A stretch of 64,000 nt of DNA from an uncultured Methanosarcinales archaeon (GCA_963702455.1 CAVPCV010000005.1:82371-146370); one strand, 5' to 3'. Shown: positions 1 to 11,439, numbered from the stretch's first letter. The notes: generated by a model from the letters alone, not told the origin. Translations and numbers: made by a program.

Positions 1-348
1 TCGCAAGAGGGGAACAAAGAGAAGGCGATGGAGCATTTCCAGGAGGCTTTGCGGATTTTTCAAGAGCTGGCGGATAGATCGGGCGAAGCGGGAGCCTTCT
101 TTCAACTGGGCGCCATGGCCGTGCAGCGGGACAAGATTCAGGAGGGGCTCCGTCTGATGGCCATGGCAGCCATAATCCTGCGAAGCATCAAGAGCGATGA
201 GGTCAAGAACGTCGAGCCGCTGGTGGAGCGCCTGGCTTCGCAGCTCGGCTTTACGCAAGAGCAGTTCATGACCATGGTGCAAGAGGTCTTGCAGAGCTAT
301 GTCAGAGATAAGGGACGCGGGCTTGTGGGGAAGGCTTCTGGAAAATAG
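1..348 (+). CDS. TPR-repeat protein, C-terminal part (5' end outside the window)
   Basis: TPR-like helices (AMEHFQEALRIFQELADRSGEAGAFFQLG); frame stays open to the window edge. Confidence 0.75.
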   Translation, partial: SQEGNKEKAMEHFQEALRIFQELADRSGEAGAFFQLGAMAVQRDKIQEGLRLMAMAAIILRSIKSDEVKNVEPLVERLASQLGFTQEQFMTMVQEVLQSYVRDKGRGLVGKASGK

Positions 349-499
349 AGCCGAGATCTATTTTCGCAGGAGTCAAGGGTTCGAATCTTTTGCCTGCATG
401 AAATCATTTGTTGATAATTATTTCTTATATATTTTATTTTAACATTGCTGGTACTGTACTTTCCAAGTTTCTCCTTTATCTATAATTTCTAAACTATAT

Positions 500-1360
500 T
501 TAATCATATTTTCAATCCCAAGCTTTTAAGTATATGGAGCAATCCACCTTCGGGCACTGGTAAATTAAAATATCTCATCACATATTCAAATGTTTCTCCT
601 ACGGCTTGCATTTTTTTTGCTCGATCGATCATGTCGCCCATAGTCCTCGGATTTGAATCTTCTGATGGCGGATTGTCTATTTCCCATAAGAGAATAGCAG
701 CCCATACTGATAATACTAGCTGAATAAATCTCTCAATTGATTATTTATCTCTTAATTGGCAATCTTTGAATCTTAATTTTTAATTTGTTTCTCTGTGAGC
801 TGTCTCTGTCCTCGTAAATTGAGAGTACTTCTTTCAATGAAAGCGATTCATTAGTGCTTATAAAATATCTTGTGATGCTATCCTTTTTCTCTTGGAGACC
901 ACAAGCTTAACTTCACCGACCTTGTCTACGATTACCTTCTTTTCAAATGCATAGTAGGTCTTCTTTTTCCTCGAACACTAATTGTTGTTTTAATAAAATA
1001 TTTGTCTTCAATTTGATTGGCTAATTGGGCTAATTCTTTAACCTTGAAATACATATCCTTATTGATCCCGATTTTCTTATCAGACTTGATTTGGCAGACA
1101 ATATTGTGTCCTAAGTTGAGACACTTGCTAAATAGATCCGAAGAAAACCACCAGCTATCGAAAACGATATAGAGATCGATGCTTTTTGGGATAACTAATG
1201 GTTTTATAATCTCTTCGAAAGCAATCTCCATTTTTGTTCTAAAATTCTCATTTTCATCATTATTCTTTATATACATCTTGGTTTTATGTGGAATAAATAG
1301 TCCCTTTGTTTGAATAACGGAGGTAATAAAATTGTTACCCCAAATATGCTGGCGATGAGG
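500..1360 (-). mobile_element. Degraded DDE transposase (IS701/IS4-like) remnant
   Basis: AT-rich island; ORF 932-1276 has VFDSWW...QIKSDK, resembling IS701-type DDE; interrupted by stops and frameshifts; boundaries approximate. Confidence 0.65.
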
Positions 1361-1399
1361 TCTGCGATAGTTGTGTTGGCGAAAATTACCTGTAAGAAG

Positions 1400-1511
1400 C
1401 GCTGAGGGTGAGATTTGAACTCACGAGGTGCGATGCACCACTGGTTGTCCTGTCGCGGAGTTGAGCCCGGGACCTCAAGACCAGCGCCGTAGGCCGCTTG
1501 GCTACCTCAGC
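1400..1511 (-). tRNA. tRNA-Ser(UGA) with 27-nt intron at 37/38 (1447-1473)
   Basis: Acceptor GCTGAGG/CCTCAGC, anticodon arm CTGGT-CTTGAG|intron|A-ACCAG, long variable arm, T arm GTGAG-TTCAAAT-CTCAC, BHB motif. Confidence 0.92.
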
Positions 1512-1617
1512 TCGCCAGGGCAACTCTTGAGCCCGGGAGATCTTAAGCCTGACGATACCATTCGCGCGATGATTTCCTCTCGACAATTTTAATATCTATT
1601 CGGACTAATTTTCCCTG

Positions 1618-2856
1618 ATGCTGATAAAAAACGTCTCCATTCTCCAATCCGGACAGATGCTGCATGGTCGTGATATTCTCATTATGGATCGCAGGATCGC
1701 GAAGATCGGATCAGATTTGCGGGACGAAGATGGGGATGAAGTCATCGACGGCCGGGGAAAACTGGCCATACCCGGGTTCATCAACGGTCATACTCACCTG
1801 GCCATGACTCTGCTGCGTGGATACGCGGACGACATGGAGCTGATGCCCTGGCTGAAGGAGAAGATCTGGCCCCTGGAAGCCCGGCTGACGGCAGAGGATG
1901 TCCAATGGGGGGTGAAGCTCGGCTGCCTGGAGCTGATTCGCTTCGGAATTACCTGCTACAATGACATGTACTACTTTCCGGATGAGACTGCCCAGGCTAC
2001 ACGGGAGATGGGCCTGCGAGCCTTCATATCCGGCGTAGTCTTCGATATGCGGCCCGAACTCCTCTCGGAGGTAGAGCCCTTCATCCGGCGCTGGAAGGAC
2101 GATGAGCTCATCACGCCTGCGGTCGGCCCTCATGCCGCTTATACCTGCTCGGAGGAGACACTTCTCAAAGCAAAGGAGATAGCCGACAGGCATGACGCCA
2201 TGATTCATATCCACCTCTCCGAGACCCGCGAGGAGGTGGACGGCTTTTTGCTCTCCAAAGGGAAGAGCCCGGTGGAATATCTTGACTCTCTGGGAATGGT
2301 GAATGAACGCCTGGCAGCCGTCCACTGTGTCTGGCTCTCCGAGGAGGACTGCCGCCTTCTGGCGGAGAGGAAGGCCAATGTGGTGAGCTGCACAGTAAGC
2401 AACCTGAAGCTGGCCTCGGGCATAGCTCCTCTGAACACACTGATGAAGGCGGGCGTAAACGTATGCCTTGGCACAGACGGAGCTTCGAGCAACAACAACC
2501 TCAGCCTCTTTGAGGATATGAAGACAACCGCCATAGTGCAGAAGAACGCCTACCATACTCCCGCCGCCTTCTCGGCAAAGCAGATCTGGCAGCTCGCCAC
2601 AGAGAATGCCTACAAAGCTTTCCGCATGAATATGGGACTTGTCGTAGGCGCTCTCGCCGACCTGGCCTTGATCGACCTGAAAAAGCCCTGGTTCTGCCCG
2701 GAGACGAATATACTGTCGCACCTGGTCTACAGCATGGCCGGAGGCGTAGACACGACCATCGTCAACGGAAAAGTCCTCATGCGCGAGGGAGTCATACCCG
2801 GAGAGGAGGAAATTCTAGAAAAAGCTCAGGAGAGTTTTCTGCGCTTGACCTCTTAG
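1618..2856 (+). CDS. Amidohydrolase, MTA/SAH/5'-deoxyadenosine deaminase family
   Basis: PGFINGHTH, HIHLSE, AVHCVW, LGTDGASSNN motifs. Confidence 0.88.
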   Translation: MLIKNVSILQSGQMLHGRDILIMDRRIAKIGSDLRDEDGDEVIDGRGKLAIPGFINGHTHLAMTLLRGYADDMELMPWLKEKIWPLEARLTAEDVQWGVKLGCLELIRFGITCYNDMYYFPDETAQATREMGLRAFISGVVFDMRPELLSEVEPFIRRWKDDELITPAVGPHAAYTCSEETLLKAKEIADRHDAMIHIHLSETREEVDGFLLSKGKSPVEYLDSLGMVNERLAAVHCVWLSEEDCRLLAERKANVVSCTVSNLKLASGIAPLNTLMKAGVNVCLGTDGASSNNNLSLFEDMKTTAIVQKNAYHTPAAFSAKQIWQLATENAYKAFRMNMGLVVGALADLALIDLKKPWFCPETNILSHLVYSMAGGVDTTIVNGKVLMREGVIPGEEEILEKAQESFLRLTS

Positions 2857-3805
2857 ACTCTCCTGGTTCTATGCGGCTTTCTCTTTTTGTTCAGGAATCT
2901 TATCAGTCCATAGTAGCCTCCTGCCAGGAGCACCAGCCCGGCCAGCGAAAGTTGCCAGGTGACTGAAGACTCATCGTTATGAACCATGACCAGGACGGCG
3001 AGGTCCTGGCTCCTCTGACCGATCTCTTCTGTTTCCAGGTAAGAGATCTTAACGGGAAGGGGGCTGTAGCCAGGAGTGGCGTTCTCATCCGTGAATACCA
3101 ACATCTTCACCAGATAGGAGCCTCCTGGGTCGAGATTCACCGGTCCTTTTTCATTCTCAACCCGGAGAAAAGGCGGCATGGATCTCGTCTCGACCTCGGA
3201 GATCAAGGGCAGGCTCATCGCCACTGTTTACAATTGAGAGCTCCAGGCTCGACTCTTTTCCCCCTGATTGCCTCTCCCTTTAGCTCTTTAGTCTCTATCC
3301 CGGGTCCACGCACAACCTTTACAGGCAGAGGTATCTCTTGAGAGACTTCTTTATAGCTGAAGACGAGATCAGGAGCGCTCTCTTCTCCCGAGGCCGTCAC
3401 CTGGGATAGTCGAGAATAGCTGAGGCGAAGCTGCAGGGGATAGATGCCCACATCTGCCCCTTCTGTCTGGGCCATAAACTGAACTGTTTTGTTCTCTCCA
3501 GGGCCAAGAGAGCCGGCCATTTGGGGCCCGGAGAGCACCCGGATCCTATCATCGGAGCTTTCGAGCTCTGCAGTGATGCTGCTGGCATTTGCTTTATTGA
3601 GATCAAGCTCTCCTGGCCCTTCCGGGGGCGAGGCATTGTTGAGCAGCACAATGGCGAATGTTGTCGTCCTGTCCATCTCCAGTGCGCCATGAATAGCTGA
3701 GACCTCCAGATGAGGCTCCTCTGCCCTTTGATCTTCTGCACAGCCAGGAATAATGGTTGAAAGGAGAAGGTAGAGCGCTATACTCAGGATCCACGGCGCT
3801 TTCAT
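2853..3805 (-). CDS. Exported, C-terminally membrane-anchored surface protein (COG1361-like); frameshift near 3230
   Basis: Signal peptide in ORF 3215-3805, Ig-like repeats (GSLGPGE, GIYPLQL), TM helix plus basic tail in ORF 2853-3224. Confidence 0.65.
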
Positions 3806-3897
3806 CGAATCTTATGAAGCAACTGTACCTTTTTATCTTTAATGCCTGGGATTTGAGCAGGCACTTCTGGAGATACAAAGGAGCAGATCTGCAAGAT

Positions 3898-4705
3898 CTA
3901 TTCTGCCGAAACGATTTCCAGAGCCTCTTTGGCATGGAGACCCTTTGTGCACCACCCCGCAGATGCGGCGTACGATGAGCTCGGGACTTTCATGCTGGAA
4001 GACATTCCTGCCGATGGCCACTCCCCGCGCTCCCGCTGATATGGCTCCTTCCACCATGCGGAGCAGGTCCAGCTCCGACTCCACTCTCGGCCCTCCTGCA
4101 ATGACCACTGGAACGGGGCAGCTCTCCACCACCCGGGCAAAGCTGTCGGGGTCGCCGGTGTAGTTGGTCTTTACAATATCCGCACCAAGCTCCGCACCCA
4201 CCCGTGCCGCGTGGGCGATGTACTCGGCACCGTATTCGTCTTTGATCTTCTTTCCCCGGGGATACATCATAGCCAGCAGCGGCATGCCCCACTCCTGGCA
4301 GTCGCGAGAGATCTCCCCCAGAGTTGAGAGCATGCGGCTTTCATCCTCTGCTCCCACGTTGACGTGAATGCTCACGCCATCCGCTCCGATCTTCAGAGCC
4401 TCTTCCACAGTGGCCACCAGGACTTTATTGTTGGGGTCCGGGCCCAGGTTCGTGGAGGCGGAGAGATGAATGATCAATCCCAGGTCCCGGCCGTAGCCGC
4501 GATGGCCGAATATGGCCGCCCCCTTGTGCACCACGGCGGCATCCGCCCCTCCGCGGGCTACGGCATCAGCGATAGTCTTGACGCTCTTGATGCCCTTTAT
4601 TGGGCCGACAGTAACCCCGTGGTCCATGGGAATTATGACTGCATTTCCTGTGCTGCGGTTGAATATTCTCTCCAGGCGAATCGATGTTCCTCTCAATTTT
4701 GGCAT
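3898..4705 (-). CDS. aroA': 2-amino-3,7-dideoxy-D-threo-hept-6-ulosonate synthase (DhnA-type aldolase); indel near the 3' end
   Basis: [29 protein letters not shown] motifs; expected C-terminus (KEALEIV) in an adjacent frame. Confidence 0.85.
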
Positions 4706-4923
4706 CCCCACAAAGTATGATTTATCAAATGTATATTCTAGTACATTATAGTACATATTATTACTACAATGAGCAGTAATGTGTATTTATAGTTTCCCGT
4801 TCTACGGGCCCGAAATAGTCCTGGAATCAGTAAGCCTGAAATAGTGGCATGACGCCGTATCCTCGGAGTGATTTCGATGGGTTGCGGTGTATCTTGTCTT
4901 GAGAGCTGCAAAAATTGGCGGGA

Positions 4924-5910
4924 ATGACATTAATTGCGTCCCTGCTGGCGGCTCTCTATCTCAACCTGGTTTTAGGCATAGCACTGGCAGGGCACGGAGA
5001 CCGGCGAGTTCTGTCCCACCTGCCCGGACTGGACCAACCTGGACGGCTGGCTGGCCCAGAAGGAGGCCTATGAGAGAGCCCAGGGAACAGGCCAGCCAAA
5101 CGGCCAGCCAGAGCGGACAGGCAACCGGCAATTCTGCAGCCGCGGCAGCAGGCCGATCGCACGCCGAAAAAGGGCTATGCACTGCCCGAGCTCATCACCA
5201 GCCGGCAACTCCATCAAAGAGCGATCAGGTTATTCTGGATGTGAGATCCGAACGGACTACCTGTCCGGACATATTCCCGGCGTCCCGAAGCCTTTACTGG
5301 AAAGATCTGCAAACAGATGGCAGTACTGGACCCATCCCGGGCCAAAGAGGCTCTGGGCGGGCCGGGAGTGAACGAGAGCGACAGGCTCCTCGTCTATGGC
5401 GATCGGACGAGGGAGCGGCTTTCGTCTTCTGGGCTCTGAGCTATCTCGGGCAAAGGATGTAAGCCTGATTGACGGAGGAGCTGATGCGGCCCGGGATGCA
5501 GGAGTAGCCTTGACGACAAATCGCACCGTCTCCCAGCCTACCAACTACACAATTCATATCGTGCCATGGCTCCTGGTGACGTCCGAGGATCTGGAGAGCA
5601 TGATTGCGCAGGCCGATGTTGCAGATTGTGGATGCGCGGGACTTTTCTGAATACGGCAGGAATAGGATCAACAGATGCTCTCAGTCTCGCTACTGCGGAT
5701 AAAATCTATGAAGACTCCAAGATAAAAGATGCCGGCACGCTGGAAGATCTGTTTGGGCCGGCGCACTGGATGAATCGGGAACTGCCATCGTCTACGGCAC
5801 ACCGAGGCTTACCGCTCTTCTACAGCCTCAAGCTCATGGGCTACAATGCCACCCTGCTGGAAGGCGATTGGTGGAAAGAGACGAAATGGGCAGTGAGCAA
5901 TGTGAGATGA
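4924..5910 (+). CDS. Exported tandem rhodanese-like domain protein (several frameshifts)
   Basis: Reconstructed across frames: signal peptide, ILDVR..YLSGHIPG, FVFWALSYLG..VSLIDGG, DARDF, LKLMGYNATLLEG. Confidence 0.7.
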
Positions 5911-6012
5911 GCCCATTCCGCACTTCTTATTTTAAGCGAGAAGAATTTATAATAAGACATTGATTTTGCATGCAGGGCGTTTGATCTTGCGAGCAAGTTC
6001 CTTGCTCATTCC

Positions 6013-6959
6013 CTAAGGAGCGCCTTCACCGCCGCCTCGATGGCGCTGGGCAGAGTTGGCTTTGGGCGTCCAGCCATGCCTTTTGATCTTCTCTATGGAG
6101 AGCTGCATGACTTTAACGTCGCCTTTCCAGCCCCGGCCATCAGTGCCGCCTGTATAATCGTACTCTGACGCCGGAGAGCCCCATCTGCTCCACAACGATG
6201 TCTGCGATCTCAGTCACATCCACGGAGTCGATTGAACCTATGTTGAAGACATTGGTCTCGTCACTGGAGTGCTCCACAGCGTCCATCATAGCCTGAACAC
6301 AGTCTTTCACCTCCAGGTAGGACTTGCGCTGCTTGCCTGAGCCCAGTATCTCCAGACTGGCGGGATTTTCCTGCAATTTGCGGATGAAGTCCACCAAAAC
6401 TCCATGCGTGCCCCGCTCTCCCACTATATTGGCGAAACGATAGATCCAGGATTGCATCTCGAAGGTGTGGCAATAGGAAGAGATCAGCGCTTCGCAGGAG
6501 AGCTTCGACGCGCCGTAAAGTGAGATGGGCAGCAGGGGGCCATAGTCTTCAGGTGTGGGCACAGTTGCTTGCCTCCCCATAAACTGTGGAAGTGGAGGTG
6601 AATGCGAGGCGTTGAACTCCAGTTTTACGCATGGCCTCTAAAAGGTTATAAGTGGCCTGCACATTTTGCTCCAGATGCACATGGGTGTTTTCTGCGCCCA
6701 ATTTCACATCCGGATTAGCGGCCAGGTGAAAGACCATATCTTTTCCTTTAATAGCCTTTTCCAGCATGCCGGCATCCCTCAGGTCCCCTTCCCGCAGATG
6801 GAAATCCGGGTTATCCTGGTGAGGGGCCAGGAACTCTCTTTTTCCCGAGCTGAAGTTGTCCAGGACGGTTACTTCATTCTCCAAAAGCAGCCTTTCCACT
6901 AGGTGGCTGCCTATGAAGCCTGCGCCGCCTGTGACGAGGATGGATTGACCCTTGAGCAT
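6013..6959 (-). CDS. NAD-dependent epimerase/dehydratase (GalE-like); frameshifts near 6575 and 6160
   Basis: VTGGAGFIGSH, STSTVYG, YGASK motifs. Confidence 0.85.
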
Positions 6960-7099
6960 AATCGTAAGTAAATTCTCTTCAGGGTAATCAAGATTGTGGA
7001 CTGGTCTGGAGCAGTGCCCCCACATATGACCATTTATGCACACTGTCTCCGGATTGGGGTTGATCATTGCTGGGGAGAAGCCACTTTGGGGCAAATCAA

Positions 7100-7500
7100 A
7101 TTTTTCTACTCGAGAAATCGGTCCTGGTGTCAGCCATCGATGAGGTCTACCCGGAGCTGAAGCTGGGCACGAGATAGAATGAGGCCCAGTAATGCCATGT
7201 CTCCCACGCAGCCTCTGCCGCCGCCGCATGCCGTATGGCCTGGCGTCCGAGAGCCTGCGCATATGATGGCGCCTCCAGTGGGCCAGCGAGCCGACAGCCC
7301 ACTCCCTGGAGGCAGGCATTTTCCCAGGGGTAAGAGAACCAGCGCATCAGATGGCAGGTATGCAGCCGGAGATGCCTCAGCAGATGCTCTCCGAGATGGC
7401 TGCCGTGATGCGCAGATACGGCTTCCAGATCTGAATGATGCCAGTGTTTGTATGCCCGACCATTGGGCATACAATACCAATTTTTTCATCTTTTGAGCAT
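7100..7500. other. Unresolved GC-rich segment, probably a degraded or error-rich coding region
   Basis: Overlapping short ORFs on both strands, none with a recognisable motif. Confidence 0.25.
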
Positions 7501-7592
7501 TAACGCCGGGAAGATTCCTGTTCTTCATTTGATTAGCCCGCTAACATAACTTATTTATCGTAAGCCTCTGTGCTTAAACTAGAGTGATATGT

Positions 7593-8514
7593 ATGGCAGG
7601 AAAAATGCTCAAGATATCCTTGCTGCTCCTGGTGCTGTCTGTCTTTTGCAGCGGCGCACTTGCAGCGGAAGGCGAACGACTGAAGCTGGCAACTACCACC
7701 AGCCTGCAAGATACCGGACTCCTTGACCTGATCAAGGAGAAGTTCGATGAAGTTGCACAACGTATCCCTGGATGTCGTCTCCGGCGGGACCGGCATTGCT
7801 ATCCAGTACGGAGAGCGCGGCGACGTTGACGTCCTCATAGTCCACGACAAGCCGAGGGAGCTGAAGTTCATAGAGGACGGGCAGGGCCTGGAGAGAAGAT
7901 GCATTGCCTATAACTACTTCAATGTGGTCGGCCCGAAGGATGATCCCGCGGGCATCAAGGGCATGAATGCTTCACAAGCACTTGCTACCATCATGGCCAA
8001 GGGAGAAGCCGATCCCGCATCGGTGATGTTCGTCTCCCGGGGCGACAACTCGGGAACACATGCCCGCGAGAAGCTGCTCTGGAAGAATGCCGGCCTCAAC
8101 TACAGCCTGGTCAACAATTCCGGACCCTGGTATGTCGATGCCGGGCAGGGCATGGGCGCCACACTGAACATTGCCAATGAGAAGCAGGCCTACACTCTGA
8201 GCGATATGTCCACCTTCATGGCCTACCAGGGCAATCTGACTCTGGTATCCTTGATTGGAGGCGGAGATGATCTCCTGAATGTTTACGTGGCCATGGCTGT
8301 GAACCCGGAGAAGCATCCTGATGTGAACTGCGCTCTGGCTAATGAGTTCATCAACTACCTGGTATCTGATGAAGGCCAGGATCTGATAGCCAGCTATGGT
8401 ATGGAGAAATACGGCAAGCCTCTCTTCTCTCCGGCCAGGGGCAACTGCACCCTCATCGGCTGCTCTGATGGAGAGTGCGCAGCACCCACGACCGCCTCCT
8501 GTGCGGCAGCATAA
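7593..8514 (+). CDS. tupA: Tungstate ABC transporter substrate-binding protein; frameshift near 7750
   Basis: ATTTSLQDTGLL, GTGIA, SRGDNSGTH, GQGMG motifs. Confidence 0.9.
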
Positions 8515-8550
8515 ACTGAAAGTCAGAAAAATCGTTAGTGGTGAAGTTGG

Positions 8551-9235
8551 TTGGAAGAGATCTGGAACGGCCTTGTCAGAGCTATTGAGCTGATAGCGAC
8601 CCTCGACCCTCAGGTGGTGGAGATCACCACCAGGTCTCTTTTCATCTCTTTATCGTCCGCCTTTTTGGCCGCCGTCGTATGCATCCCCCTGGGGGGCTTC
8701 ATCGAGTTTCGCCGTTTTTGGGGAAAAGGGGCATTAATAAACGCGATTCATACCCTTTACAGCCTGCCCACGGTTACTGTAGGCCTCCTGGTCTTCCTGC
8801 TCATCTCGCGCTCCGGTCCATTGGGCGGCCTGGGCCTGCTCTTCAGCCCGGCGGGGATGATCCTGGGCCAGGCTATTCTCGTCAGCCCCATTATGATCGG
8901 GCTCACCATTACAGCTCTGGCGGAGGTCAACCCGCTGATCAAGGAGACTGCCAAATCATTGGGCGCAACAGAGCTGCAGATAATAGTCACCGTAATAAAA
9001 GAGGCCCGCGTCGCGGTCATGGCCGCCGTGCTCCTCGGGTTTGGCAGGGCGCTCTCGGAGGTGGGTGTGGCCATGATGATCGGCGGAAACATTCGGGGCT
9101 ACACGCGCGTGCTCACCACGTCCATTGCCCTTGAGACCTCCATGGGCAACCTGGAGCTATCCAGTGGCCCTGGGAATTATCCTCATATCCATCTCGCTGG
9201 TGATCAATATTGTGCTGAATATGGTTCGAGGATGA
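8551..9235 (+). CDS. tupB: Tungstate ABC transporter permease; indel near 9160
   Basis: FGRALSEVG..GGNIRGYTRVLTT motif. Confidence 0.88.
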
Positions 9236-9271
9236 TGACTGAGGAGTTGGCTGACGGACCTGGCTGATGGA

Positions 9272-10003
9272 ATGACTGGCAGACTGCCATTTCTGGAGAT
9301 AAAAGCTCTCGGCAAAAGCTATGGCAAGGCGGAGATCCTCAAGGAGATCGACTTGACTTTGAAGCGTGGCGAGGTCCTGGTCCTCGTCGGTCCCACGGGA
9401 TCGGGGAAAACAACTCTGCTGCGGCTGGTGAACCTGCTGGAGGCGCCAAGCTTAGGGTGCATCCGGTTCAAAGGCCGAACTGTCACAGCCGGTCCGGAGA
9501 AAGAGAGATTTTTGGCCCGTCGCAGCATGGCCATGGTCTTTCAAAAGCCGGTCATGTTCAAGGCCAGCGTGCAGGAGAATGTCTCCTTTGGTCTGAAGAT
9601 GAGGGGAAGGGATGATCGCGGAAAAGTGCTGGAGGCTCTGGCTGCCGTTGGCCTGTCCGGGTACGAGAAGCGGGATGCCAACACGCTTTCGGGAGGAGAG
9701 ATGCAGAGGATCGCCCTGGCCAGGGCATTGGTACTGGAGCCGGAGCTGCTGCTTCTGGACGAACCGACAGCCAACCTGGATCCGAAGAGCGCGGCGGCGG
9801 TCATCAGTCTCCTGCAGGGCCTGGCCGGAGAGAAGACGACTGTGATCCTGGCCACGCACAATATGCGGGAGGCCTTTTTGCTGGCAAGCAAAGTGGCAGT
9901 GCTGCAGGCGGGCAGGCTGACGGCCGTGGGAAGGCCGGAGGAGATATTCAGGTCAAGAAAGGTCATGGACCCTCTCTCATGCGAAATCACAGCACCCTGG
10001 TGA
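9272..10003 (+). CDS. tupC: Tungstate ABC transporter ATP-binding protein
   Basis: Walker A GPTGSGKT, LSGGE, LLLDEPT; operon context. Confidence 0.85.
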   Translation: MTGRLPFLEIKALGKSYGKAEILKEIDLTLKRGEVLVLVGPTGSGKTTLLRLVNLLEAPSLGCIRFKGRTVTAGPEKERFLARRSMAMVFQKPVMFKASVQENVSFGLKMRGRDDRGKVLEALAAVGLSGYEKRDANTLSGGEMQRIALARALVLEPELLLLDEPTANLDPKSAAAVISLLQGLAGEKTTVILATHNMREAFLLASKVAVLQAGRLTAVGRPEEIFRSRKVMDPLSCEITAPW

Positions 10004-10024
10004 TGATATTTATGAGCTCCTTGT

Positions 10025-10708
10025 TTATTTATCAGTATACTCCTTTGCCTTGGCGAGGGCCAGATCGGCCTCCGCGTTCCGGCCCAATGACCTGAGGGCA
10101 GTCTCCTTGCATCTCCATGCCTCAGCCAGCTCTGGATCGATCTCAATGGCCTTTTCGGATGCCAATAGCGCCAGATCGTGCTTACTCATATCGTTTAATG
10201 CATTGCCTTTGTTGCACCAGGCTTCAGAGGATTGTGAATCGATCCCAATAGCTCGGTCATAGGCTGCTACGGCCCCATCATACCTGCCCAGCTGATAAAG
10301 CGCATTGCCTTTGTTTATCCAGGCGTCTGCATAATGCGAGTCCAGCTCCAGGGCTTTATCAGATGCCTGCAGTGCCTCATCGTACTTGCCTTGAATGTAG
10401 AGAACAACGCCCTTATTGAGCCAGGCGTTTGCATCCTGCGGCTCGATCTCGATAACTCTATCGTAGGCATAAATTGCATCATCGTACTTGCTTTGCAGGG
10501 TGAGGACCACGCCTTTGTTATACCAGGCTTTTGCATCTTGCGGATTGGTCTTGATGTAGCTTTCAAATTCCGCGATGGCCTCATCATACCTCTCCTGCTC
10601 TGCAAGAGCAATGCCCTCGTTGTAGCAGCTGATCCCGGCTGGCTGTCCTGCTGCAGGAGCGCAAAGCGCAGCCAGCAGTATTATGCCGAGGATAAAATTT
10701 CCTTTGAT
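10025..10708 (-). CDS. Exported TPR-repeat protein
   Basis: Repeated AW.NKG TPR motifs; frame continues 66 codons upstream of 10510 through another TPR and a signal peptide to an ATC codon. Confidence 0.8.
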   Translation of the reverse strand: MKGNFILGIILLAALCAPAAGQPAGISCYNEGIALAEQERYDEAIAEFESYIKTNPQDAKAWYNKGVVLTLQSKYDDAIYAYDRVIEIEPQDANAWLNKGVVLYIQGKYDEALQASDKALELDSHYADAWINKGNALYQLGRYDGAVAAYDRAIGIDSQSSEAWCNKGNALNDMSKHDLALLASEKAIEIDPELAEAWRCKETALRSLGRNAEADLALAKAKEYTDK

Positions 10709-10838
10709 TGATCTCCCTCCATGGACATCTGATCAGCAGATCTGGAGAAAAAGATTTTGGAGACGATGACCGGGACTTAATTGATATCGTGTTTGGATGC
10801 TTTTATCTTCTTATACATCTTCTGGATCCAATGATAAG

Positions 10839-11294
10839 ATGATGCCCATAGACGCCATGGACGAGGCAAAGATCGAAGAATCAGCAGATTCCTTCCTTAC
10901 GGCGAGACAGCTCATGGTATTGCAATTGCGCCACCATGGCCTCTCTCAGCAGGATATAGCGGAGCGGCTCGGCACCACGCGCTCTAATATCAGCATCCTG
11001 GAGAAGCGCGCCCATCAGAATATCGCCCGGGCGGAGCGCACGCTTCAGCAGTGGATGATGATTCGCGCCCCCATCACATGCCGGGCCAGGGCGGGTACAG
11101 ACGTCTTCGATCTGCCCAAGATGATATTTGCCGCTGCGGATGAGAAAGGGATGAGGTTGCCCGTCACCTCCCTGGACATCGTGGTGCAGCTGCGGCGGAG
11201 GGCGCCCCGGCTCTTCAAGAAAAGAGCTCTGGAGCAGGATGCCGATATCTATGTAACTCTGGAGGGGGAGGTGATGGTGGAGGGAGTGGGGTGA
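10839..11294 (+). CDS. Tfx-family DNA-binding protein
   Basis: SFLTARQ..VL..R..GLSQQDIA..LGTTRSNISILEKRA motif. Confidence 0.88.
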   Translation: MMPIDAMDEAKIEESADSFLTARQLMVLQLRHHGLSQQDIAERLGTTRSNISILEKRAHQNIARAERTLQQWMMIRAPITCRARAGTDVFDLPKMIFAAADEKGMRLPVTSLDIVVQLRRRAPRLFKKRALEQDADIYVTLEGEVMVEGVG

Positions 11295-11439
11295 AAGTAA
11301 TTCGGTTCTCATCAGCAACATTTCAAATAATATTTACGGATCTCCTCTCTATCATCCAGCATAGCATCTTCCCAGCCTCGCCTTAGCCCTCCGGGCCAAG
11401 GAAAACCTATTTCTCTTAACCAAGCACAACTTTCCAATC

